From a virus (Duplodnaviria; Caudoviricetes), in the IMG/VR virus record IMGVR_UViG_3300033475_000118, positions 1 through 29,910 of that record: a stretch of 29,910 nt of DNA; one strand, 5' to 3'. The position numbers and the translations under genes are program-made. Below are positions 1-6,513 of this stretch, piece after piece. The number at the start of each line of letters is the position of its first letter. The stretch's first letter is position 1. The notes under the pieces are model-generated. The model saw only the letters and a list, made by a program, of their open reading frames with translations, had not been told where the DNA came from and ran no database searches.

Positions 1-437
1 ACGTCGCACGAGCGCTGACGACCAGTAACCAGCGCATCGACGCGGAAACGGAAACGCTACTCGTTGCCCATTCGCTTCGCGGCGAAGGATTTGATGCCAG
101 TGAGGACGGAACTGGGCGCGGCACGCCCCTCATCCCGGTTGCCGACACGCTGACGAGCAATTGGCACAAGAGTAATGGCGCCATCGCGGGCAACAATGCC
201 GGAATGATTAACCCCGTGTTTCACGGCCATGCTGTTCGGCGACTTACGCCGATGGAATGCGAGCGCTTGCAGGGATTTAGCGACTCTTATACGGATGTTC
301 CGTTTCGGGGTAAGCGAGCAGCAGACGGAAACCGATACAAGGCGCTCGGCAACAGTATGGCTGTCAACGTCATGGCATGGATTGGCCGAAGAATTCAACT
401 CGCCAATGGGCGACAACTCAATCAGGAGGCAGCATGA
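1..437 (+). CDS. C5-cytosine DNA methyltransferase, C-terminal part (5' truncated by window)
   Basis: Frame is open from nt 3 (VARALTTSNQ...GFDASEDGTGRGTP...). It ends with the typical Dcm motif IX/X region VRRLTPMECERLQGF...RYKALGNSMAVNVMAWIGRRI. Confidence 0.88.
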   Translation, partial: VARALTTSNQRIDAETETLLVAHSLRGEGFDASEDGTGRGTPLIPVADTLTSNWHKSNGAIAGNNAGMINPVFHGHAVRRLTPMECERLQGFSDSYTDVPFRGKRAADGNRYKALGNSMAVNVMAWIGRRIQLANGRQLNQEAA

Positions 438-709
438 GAGACCAATTAGCCGAATATCTGCGATTTGCGCTTGAATGGATCGACGCAGTGCCGGACGACG
501 TTGCGAGCAGGCTGCCCGCGATGCCAGGGTTTGATCGCGACGCCGCTGAGGCGGCACTCGAGACACATAGATCGTTCGGCGTTGCGACGGAAGAGAAAAT
601 TATCTGCGTGGCAAATCGCTGGGCCAAAGCGCCTGGATTCATGGAGTTCGAGAGGACAGATTTCCTAGAATGCGTGCGCGAAATTCTCTCTCTATCGGAG
701 ACAGCATGA
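434..709 (+). CDS. hypothetical phage protein (MRDQLAEYLRFALEWIDAVP...)
   Basis: ATGA overlap with the MTase stop; SD GGAGG at 425-429. Confidence 0.75.
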   Translation: MRDQLAEYLRFALEWIDAVPDDVASRLPAMPGFDRDAAEAALETHRSFGVATEEKIICVANRWAKAPGFMEFERTDFLECVREILSLSETA

Positions 710-1071
710 CAATCAAACGTTATGGCACATCGTGCACAGAACATCCGGAAGGAATCTATGTCCTGCATAAGGACTATCTGGCCCTTGAGGCGGAGGTCGA
801 AGAACTGCGACTGAACGAGCGCTCCGATACACCGAAGCGAGCCGTCCAATTCGCCCTCGATCTACAGGCAGATGACATAGATTCGCTATGCTCCGCCCTG
901 TTCAACCTGTCAAGTCAGATTGCCGCGCGAGATATGAGCCGCACATGCACGAGTGGCGGCTATGACTCTGGCTACACGTACAGATTGAGCGTGAGCGAAA
1001 GTCCGGCGCACGACGAGTATGTGCGGCAACTGAATGCATGGCTTGAATATCGCGCCAAGGAGAAAGCATGA
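706..1071 (+). CDS. hypothetical phage protein (MTIKRY...GIYVLHKDYLALEAEVEEL)
   Basis: ATGA overlap, SD GGAG at 697. The N-terminus resembles small early phage proteins. Confidence 0.75.
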   Translation: MTIKRYGTSCTEHPEGIYVLHKDYLALEAEVEELRLNERSDTPKRAVQFALDLQADDIDSLCSALFNLSSQIAARDMSRTCTSGGYDSGYTYRLSVSESPAHDEYVRQLNAWLEYRAKEKA

Positions 1072-1355
1072 CCGCCGAATATTCAATCAGCTCGATCAAA
1101 GATTTTCTGGCGATCCCGCCGGAATCCATTGATGCATGCCTGGCTGACTTCAAGGTTTGGCTTGAGGCAGCGCGCCAGCCGAAAGCGTTCAGTGACGATA
1201 TGAACGCGCTAATAGGCCTGTCCGATGCGCTTTCGTTCAGCCTCGACGGCTTCACATGGATGGATGATGGGTTGAGCGGCATCCACCATATCCAGATTGT
1301 CGACGCTTCTGATGATTCAGAGATCGCGCGCATCTCTTTTGTGGAGCAATCGTGA
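1068..1355 (+). CDS. hypothetical acidic phage protein
   Basis: ATGA overlap, SD AGGAG at 1058-1062. Confidence 0.75.
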   Translation: MTAEYSISSIKDFLAIPPESIDACLADFKVWLEAARQPKAFSDDMNALIGLSDALSFSLDGFTWMDDGLSGIHHIQIVDASDDSEIARISFVEQS

Positions 1356-1690
1356 ACCTGTTCCTACCCGGCCTAATTGTGGGCTTCATCCTCGGCGTGT
1401 TTGCGCTTGTTCTGCTCACCGCCCTCTACCTCCTACACCGTCCGCGCTACGTGGCGCCGACGAAGCATCGCCGACAGTGGCGCGACCGCCTTCCCGAAGT
1501 GCACAACGTTCCACCGATGCCAGTGTGTAAGGTGGCGCGGGAGGAAGGCGGCGATCTGCAAGACGCAATACTGGCCGCAGCCCGCAAATCCGGCAACTCC
1601 CGGTTCGTCTGGGAGACAGAGCAAAAGCTGAAGCAGCACGAGGACGTCGTCCGATACGAATGGATCAATCTGACTGGAGAAGAGAGATGA
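1352..1690 (+). CDS. hypothetical protein with N-terminal transmembrane helix
   Basis: GTGA overlap, SD GGAG; hydrophobic stretch LFLPGLIVGFILGVFALVLLTALYLL. Confidence 0.7.
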   Translation: MNLFLPGLIVGFILGVFALVLLTALYLLHRPRYVAPTKHRRQWRDRLPEVHNVPPMPVCKVAREEGGDLQDAILAAARKSGNSRFVWETEQKLKQHEDVVRYEWINLTGEER

Positions 1691-1923
1691 GCAAATGGCA
1701 ATCGATTGAAACAGCGCCGCGCGACGGCACGCGCATCCTGACGTACAACGTTACGCCGACATACGATGAAGACACGCGCAAGACCGAAAACGTCTACGCG
1801 ATAAGTGTGGCCTACTGGTTGTTCGGCGCATGGATGGAATACCCGGCCGCTCCGCGATTCGTACAAGGGCAAGTTCACACGCATTGGATGCCGTTGCCCG
1901 ATGTTCCGAGAAGCCCGCAATGA
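1687..1923 (+). CDS. DUF551-like phage protein
   Basis: Signature WQSIETAPRDGTRIL ... THWMPLP; ATGA overlap. Confidence 0.85.
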   Translation: MSKWQSIETAPRDGTRILTYNVTPTYDEDTRKTENVYAISVAYWLFGAWMEYPAAPRFVQGQVHTHWMPLPDVPRSPQ

Positions 1924-1940
1924 TCGCAAAATAGGTGATT

Positions 1941-1984
1941 GACAACTGCAAACAATTGTAGTTGTCCTTAGTTTTTGGTAGAAT
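1941..1984 (+). promoter_or_regulatory. sigma70-type promoter for the HNH gene, with an overlapping inverted repeat
   Basis: -35 TTGTAG (1956-1961), 17-nt spacer, extended -10 TGG-TAGAAT (1976-1984). The inverted repeat GACAACTGCAA/TTGTAGTTGTC (1941-1966) overlaps the -35. The intergenic region is AT-rich. Confidence 0.6.
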
Positions 1985-2010
1985 ATGTGTGTTATTTCAA
2001 CGGGGTGCGT

Positions 2011-2607
2011 ATGGCGAATAGCATTAGCCAAGATGTCGTGAGAGAGGTATTTCACTACAACGCCGAGATCGGAGAACTGGTCTGGCGCACGCACTCTAAA
2101 AATGGACGCCGGGCACCAAAAAATGTTGGGAAGGTTGCTGGTCATGTGGGCCTAAGCGGATATCGGCTCATCGGTTTCCAATATAAAACCTATTCTGCTC
2201 ACCGGCTTATCTGGATATATTTCAACGGTTCCATCCCAGACGATAGGGTCGTCGACCACATCAATCGAAACCCACGCGACAACCGAATCGAAAACCTTCG
2301 TCTGCTGACCATTAGCGAGAACACCAAAAACTCGGACTGGTGGGATGACTGGATCGCGACCGGCGTATGGAAAACCAGAGCATGGCAGGGGAAGAAACCT
2401 AGAGTTAAGGCTCCGGGCAAGGCAACCACGCATAGGACTGACAGAACAATCCAGTACATCCGCCAGGGCGGAAAGTTGGTCGCCACCTTCATCATTAATG
2501 GAAGGCGGTATTCGGTGGAAGAAGGCAAAGATCCTGTGGCGGCAAGAAAAGCCATGCTGGATGCGGCGCAAGCATTGAATAGCGAAGTTTCTTTGGTTGA
2601 CGAATAA
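2011..2607 (+). CDS. HNH homing endonuclease (HNH_3 type) with a degenerate AP2-like C-terminus
   Basis: HRLIWIYFNG...VVDHINRNPRDNRIENLR HNH motif; N-terminal VFHYNAEIGELVW typical of phage HNH endonucleases; visibly more AT-rich than its neighbours. Confidence 0.9.
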   Translation: MANSISQDVVREVFHYNAEIGELVWRTHSKNGRRAPKNVGKVAGHVGLSGYRLIGFQYKTYSAHRLIWIYFNGSIPDDRVVDHINRNPRDNRIENLRLLTISENTKNSDWWDDWIATGVWKTRAWQGKKPRVKAPGKATTHRTDRTIQYIRQGGKLVATFIINGRRYSVEEGKDPVAARKAMLDAAQALNSEVSLVDE

Positions 2608-2619
2608 GCGGGGTTCAAG

Positions 2620-3018
2620 ATGACGCAAGACCAAGCTGAGCAGGTAGAGGAATTGCTATGCACATGGTTCGCATGGCAGTGCCGCCAGTCTATTGCGATG
2701 CACGCGAAGATGTACTACCGCGCAGAGGACATGACTTGCCGTCAATACGAAACCCCGCAGTCCGCATCTGACGATGACGAGGATGCTTATCAGTGGGCCG
2801 ACGATCGGCAATCGGAACAGGTCCAACTTTGCGTCGACGAACTGCCGTCCGAGCAGCGCGCCGCGATCTCTACGAGCATGCGCGTGAAAGAATCAGGCGC
2901 GCAAGTCTGGAGATCGAGCCGCGTTGGCGATCAGCATGCGGTTTATCAGCTTGCGAAGGAAAACCTGTTCCCGCTCCTTCGGGCACGGCATTTGATTCAG
3001 ATTCTGGAGGCGGCATGA
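2620..3018 (+). CDS. putative Q-like antiterminator / late transcription regulator
   Basis: Pattern LL..W..W then V..CVDELPSEQRAAI (sigma region-4-like helix), positioned at the end of the early region just before the late genes. Confidence 0.5.
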   Translation: MTQDQAEQVEELLCTWFAWQCRQSIAMHAKMYYRAEDMTCRQYETPQSASDDDEDAYQWADDRQSEQVQLCVDELPSEQRAAISTSMRVKESGAQVWRSSRVGDQHAVYQLAKENLFPLLRARHLIQILEAA

Positions 3019-3746
3019 GAAATCCCTTTGTCCATCGTTATGAGCGCAACGCCATTGGCCGCGACTTCGCCGTGGGCGACATTCATGGGGTGTTCCGCCT
3101 TCTGCAAACCGAGCTTGACGGCATCGGCTTCGACCCGTCGCGCGATCGGCTGTTCAGTGTCGGCGACTTGGTCGACCGCGGTCCGGATTCTGAGCTCGCG
3201 CTCGAATGGATCGCCAAGCCATGGTTTCACGCCGTGCAGGGTAATCACGAGGATATGGCGATTCGCTACGTCACTCCGGGTCAACGGGACGCCACGCACT
3301 ACGCGGCTAACGGCGGAGCGTGGCTGATCGGCAAGACGCCGCCCGAACAGCAGGAATACGCGATCGAACTGGCCGCCCTGCCCTATGCGATCGAGGTTGA
3401 AACGGCTGACGGGCTGATCGGCATTGTTCACGCAGACATTTCTGGCGGGACATGGGGCGAGATGGTCGAGCGCTTCTCTCAGGTGACGAGCAACAACAAG
3501 CTCAAGGCAATCACGAATGATGTGCTGTGGTGCCGCGATCGCATCCAGGCGGAAGACGTGTCAGGCGTGCCTGATGTGCGCGCCGTCATCGTCGGTCACA
3601 CGCCACTCAAGCATGCCGCAGTACTCGGCAACGTCTACCACATCGACACGGGCGCGGTGTTCCGAGAAGGCTACTTCACGCTGATCGACTTGGCGACGCT
3701 CGAGACGATCCCGGCGACGCCGAAGAAGCTGGATTGGGCGGCATGA
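3015..3746 (+). CDS. NinI-like serine/threonine protein phosphatase (calcineurin-like metallophosphoesterase)
   Basis: Motifs GDIHG, VGDLVDRGP, GNHE, GHTP, IDTGA; ATGA overlap with SD GGAGG. Confidence 0.92.
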   Translation: MRNPFVHRYERNAIGRDFAVGDIHGVFRLLQTELDGIGFDPSRDRLFSVGDLVDRGPDSELALEWIAKPWFHAVQGNHEDMAIRYVTPGQRDATHYAANGGAWLIGKTPPEQQEYAIELAALPYAIEVETADGLIGIVHADISGGTWGEMVERFSQVTSNNKLKAITNDVLWCRDRIQAEDVSGVPDVRAVIVGHTPLKHAAVLGNVYHIDTGAVFREGYFTLIDLATLETIPATPKKLDWAA

Positions 3747-4138
3747 AGATCGAATTATCCGAAGCATTCTATCGGCGCATAGCCGAGATGGAAGAGCCGG
3801 AAGGCGGCGTCTTTGCTTGCAGTCCGGAAATTTACTCACAGATGACGAAGGAGTTCACAATGACGACGATGCGCGCGAAGTTGCAGGTTGGGATGGTGCA
3901 GGAACACATGGGCTGGGTCGAGCCGGGTTCGGACAAGACGCCGGAGAAGGCGAGCGAAACTCTGACCATGCATGCGGTGTGCAAGGCGACCTACGCTGAT
4001 TCGGAGTTCGACGAAGACAACACGTTCGCCCGGATGTCACCTGGCGCCAACCTCACGATCCATATCGCGAATCCAGCGCTGTGGGGCAAGTTCAAGCACG
4101 GCGATAAGTTCTACGTCGATTTCACAGCGGCCGAATAA
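3743..4138 (+). CDS. conserved hypothetical phage protein (alternative in-frame start at 3860)
   Basis: ATGA overlap at 3743; strong SD AAGGAG before ATG 3860; C-terminal EDNTFARMSP...IANPAL...FYVDFT pattern seen in small phage proteins. Confidence 0.7.
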   Translation: MKIELSEAFYRRIAEMEEPEGGVFACSPEIYSQMTKEFTMTTMRAKLQVGMVQEHMGWVEPGSDKTPEKASETLTMHAVCKATYADSEFDEDNTFARMSPGANLTIHIANPALWGKFKHGDKFYVDFTAAE

Positions 4139-4154
4139 AAGTTTTAGAAAGTGC

Positions 4155-4183
4155 TTGCACAACGATTCTGGTTGTGGCAATGT
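4155..4183 (+). promoter_or_regulatory. putative late promoter (pR'-like)
   Basis: TTGCAC -35-like hexamer after an AT-rich stretch; inverted repeat CACAAC/GTTGTG in the spacer; the -10 is weak. Confidence 0.35.
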
Positions 4184-4210
4184 ACGGGGTAGGGGCACTG
4201 CGCCCACAAT

Positions 4211-4248
4211 AACCCGGTCTGGCGAAAGTCGATCGGGTTTTCTCGTTT
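4211..4248 (+). terminator. intrinsic terminator-like hairpin (tR'-like)
   Basis: AACCCGGTC/GATCGGGTT stem with inner GGC-GAAA-GTC, followed by TTCTCGTTT. Confidence 0.5.
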
Positions 4249-4254
4249 ACGCCC

Positions 4255-4464
4255 ATGCCACGCTCAACCGCTCTCGAATCGCACATGTACGGCGATCCAA
4301 TGGCAATCCTTGAGGCAAAGCAGGCGCGCGAGAAACGGCAAGCCCAGCAAGAACGCAAGCGGCCTACGCTGACGCTCCCGCCACGCAAGCAGGACGGCTG
4401 GAGCGAGAAGCGCAAGGCATTGGAAGCTTTATTTGACCCGCCGCCTCCCGTTCGTGAGAGGTAA
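4255..4464 (+). CDS. small basic hypothetical protein
   Basis: 69-aa ORF (ALESHMYGDPMAILEAKQ...), first ORF after the putative late promoter. Confidence 0.6.
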   Translation: MPRSTALESHMYGDPMAILEAKQAREKRQAQQERKRPTLTLPPRKQDGWSEKRKALEALFDPPPPVRER

Positions 4465-4520
4465 CCCGCCCGCTGCCGCGCAACACGGCTCTCTCCGGAG
4501 AGAAGCCCGGAAAGAATTCT

Positions 4521-4649
4521 ATGAACGAAGCAAACGACCTGATCGACAGCATCGAGCAAGACATTCAGCGCATGAGGATCGACGAAGCGCTGAAGGCGTC
4601 TTTGGTCGCGCGCCTCGATGAACTTCGGAGATTGCAATGTCGCCAATGA
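4521..4649 (+). CDS. 42-aa helical micro-protein MNEANDLIDSIEQDIQRMRIDEALKASLVARLDELRRLQCRQ
   Basis: Read by eye (below the ORF-track cut-off); amphipathic coiled-coil pattern; purine-rich upstream sequence. Confidence 0.55.
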   Translation: MNEANDLIDSIEQDIQRMRIDEALKASLVARLDELRRLQCRQ

Positions 4650-4741
4650 CCGCATGGCTTTTGCTCATGTCCACTGTGCACATCGGTCTCGCGCAAGGAT
4701 ACGCAGAATGGGCGGATTGGCTGATTGACACCACTGAATGA
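4637..4741 (+). CDS. 34-aa hydrophobic micro-protein MSPMTAWLLLMSTVHIGLAQGYAEWADWLIDTTE
   Basis: SD GGAG at 4627-4630, ATG 4637, TGA 4739-4741; overlaps the previous ORF. Confidence 0.45.
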   Translation: MSPMTAWLLLMSTVHIGLAQGYAEWADWLIDTTE

Positions 4742-4746
4742 TCCCC

Positions 4747-5154
4747 TGCTTCCCTCGCCAGCCGGTAGGCCCGGCGCTCTGTCATACGGGCGAGGGAGGC
4801 ACCAGTTACTAGCCTCGAAGCTCGGCGCGAGTATGGGCGGTGTCCCTTCGCGTTGTAGCCCGAGTGCGGCACGGATCGGCCAAAGCGCTGATTCGGTGGC
4901 CCAAGAGCATCTTCAAGGAAGCGCACAGTACTTCGCACTGGTGGCTTTGTGCGCAGCTGCATGCCAGTGCACTTCCTTGAGGGTGACAGCCGCAGTCGAC
5001 CATTGATGTCCGCAGAGCGATATTTCCCAGAACTGGCCAACGCCTAGCTCAGGGTAGAGGACATTGCCGCATGTGATGTGGCTCACTAGATTGCGCCGGC
5101 CGCTCGAAGGCGATGCCGATGCCAATATGGATAAGGCGCAGTACGCTTGCGGAC
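4747..5154 (+). ncRNA. putative large structured non-coding RNA (several multi-stem domains)
   Basis: Long stems containing G-U pairs: 4747-4759/4789-4801, 4820-4825/4860-4865, 4908-4926/4967-4985, 5008-5019/5144-5154, 5090-5097/5135-5142. No convincing ORF. Confidence 0.55.
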
Positions 5155-5230
5155 TCCCTCAACCTTTCATCGTTGTCTCCTCTTCTGCCTCCCCTGGCAT
5201 TCGAAGCCGCCTAGCGCGGCTCTTTTTATT
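5155..5230 (+). ncRNA. putative sRNA with an anti-SD motif (GTCTCCTC) ending in an intrinsic terminator
   Basis: CU-rich stretch TTGTCTCCTCTTCTGCCTCCCC followed by the hairpin AGCCGC-CTAGC-GCGGCT and CTTTTTATTT. Confidence 0.4.
5205..5230 (+). terminator. intrinsic terminator
   Basis: AGCCGC/GCGGCT stem plus T-rich tail. Confidence 0.7.
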
Positions 5231-5240
5231 TTGGAACTCC

Positions 5241-6458
5241 ATGGACACAAGCGACTTGCTGAAAGCCGTGAAGATCCACGGAAGCGTCAATGCCGCAGCC
5301 AAGGCAATTGGGATGCCCGAGAGCACGCTGCGCGGCCGGCTCCGCGGCGCTGTGCCGCTGTCCGAAAACGAGCGAAAGTATCAGGAGTGGACGGCTGAGC
5401 GATGCATTGCCGAACTCCAGCGCATCGCCCGGATCGACGAAGACAAGGTTATCTCGCGAAACTACTTCCGCGTGCATTCGGAAATCTCCGAGTCCACATG
5501 GAATAGGCACTTCGGCACGTTCCACGAGTTCAAGCGACAGGCCGGCATTGTTCTGTCGCGCCACGCGCACGGTCTCGAACGCGCGATTGCGAAGCACGCC
5601 AGTAAGGATGTGCAACGCCGTATGAACGTCGAGAAGTCGGGCTGGGAAGATGCCTATCTGCGCCCCAGCTCGAAGCGCTTCCAGACTGTTCTGGTCGCGT
5701 CGGACATTCACGACATCGAGTGCGATCCGTTCTGGCGTCGCTGTTTCATCGATACGGCAAAGCGCGTACAGCCTGAGAAGGTTGTCATTAACGGTGACGC
5801 GTTGGACCTGCCCGAGTTCGGCAAGTACGGCGTCGACCCGCGCGAGTGGGATGTGATCGGCCGCATCAAGTGGCTGCATGCCTTCCTTGAAGATATCCGC
5901 ACGGCTTGCCCGGAGACGGAAATCATCTACATCGAAGGCAATCACGAAGCGCGCCTGATTCGCCACCTCGGCGAGGCAACGCCTGCGCTTAAGGTTGTGC
6001 TGTCTGACTTGCACGGCTTCACGGTGCCGAAACTGCTAGGCCTTGACGCCTACCAGGTGAACTACATCGCCCGGATGGACCTCGCCGCGTTCAGTGAGCG
6101 CGACATGAAGCAGGAACTGGCGAAGAACTACCTCGTCATGTATGACTGCCTGATGGCGCATCACTTCCCGGAAGGCCGGAACATGGGCGTGCCGGGTTTC
6201 AATGGGCATCACCACAAGCATATCGTGTGGCCGTTCTACTCGCCGCAGTTCGGCTCGAGCGAATGGCACCAGCTTGGATGCGGTCACGCTCGCGCTGCGA
6301 CTTACTGTGCCGGCGAGAAGTGGGCGCTGGGCTTCATGCTGTGCCATGTGGACACGCAGAAGAAGCACACTCAGTTTGAGTATGTGGAGTTGCGGGATCA
6401 CGCCATGATTGGCGGCAGGTTCTATGAGCGCTCCGCAGCGGAAATGATGGGTTCTTGA
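5241..6458 (+). CDS. HTH + homing-endonuclease-associated-repeat-like domain + calcineurin-like metallophosphoesterase
   Basis: N-terminal HTH (GSVNAAAKAIGMPESTLRGRL); WTAERCIAEL...STWNRHFGTF..FKRQAG repeat-type domain; catalytic motifs SDIHD, GDALD, EGNHE, GHHH. Start placed at ATG 5241, after the terminator. Confidence 0.82.
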   Translation: MDTSDLLKAVKIHGSVNAAAKAIGMPESTLRGRLRGAVPLSENERKYQEWTAERCIAELQRIARIDEDKVISRNYFRVHSEISESTWNRHFGTFHEFKRQAGIVLSRHAHGLERAIAKHASKDVQRRMNVEKSGWEDAYLRPSSKRFQTVLVASDIHDIECDPFWRRCFIDTAKRVQPEKVVINGDALDLPEFGKYGVDPREWDVIGRIKWLHAFLEDIRTACPETEIIYIEGNHEARLIRHLGEATPALKVVLSDLHGFTVPKLLGLDAYQVNYIARMDLAAFSERDMKQELAKNYLVMYDCLMAHHFPEGRNMGVPGFNGHHHKHIVWPFYSPQFGSSEWHQLGCGHARAATYCAGEKWALGFMLCHVDTQKKHTQFEYVELRDHAMIGGRFYERSAAEMMGS

Positions 6459-6513
6459 GGAAGTTCCTCCAAGCGGCCGCGAGCCGCAAGAAACAAAACA
6501 CTCAAGGTTAAAC

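Noticed and set aside
2793-3014. Longer start for the NinI-like phosphatase
   Set aside because: It overlaps the Q-like gene. ATG 3015 has an SD and an ATGA overlap, and matches the family size.
4725-5006. 93-aa ORF across the structured region
   Set aside because: TTG start without SD and no recognisable protein features; the region is better explained by base pairing.
5036-5110. Intact tRNA gene
   Set aside because: D-arm and anticodon-like hairpin only; no T-loop, acceptor stem or CCA.
5064-5240. N-terminal extension of the phosphoesterase ORF from TTG 5064
   Set aside because: It runs through RNA stems and a terminator with non-protein-like composition. The HTH begins after ATG 5241.
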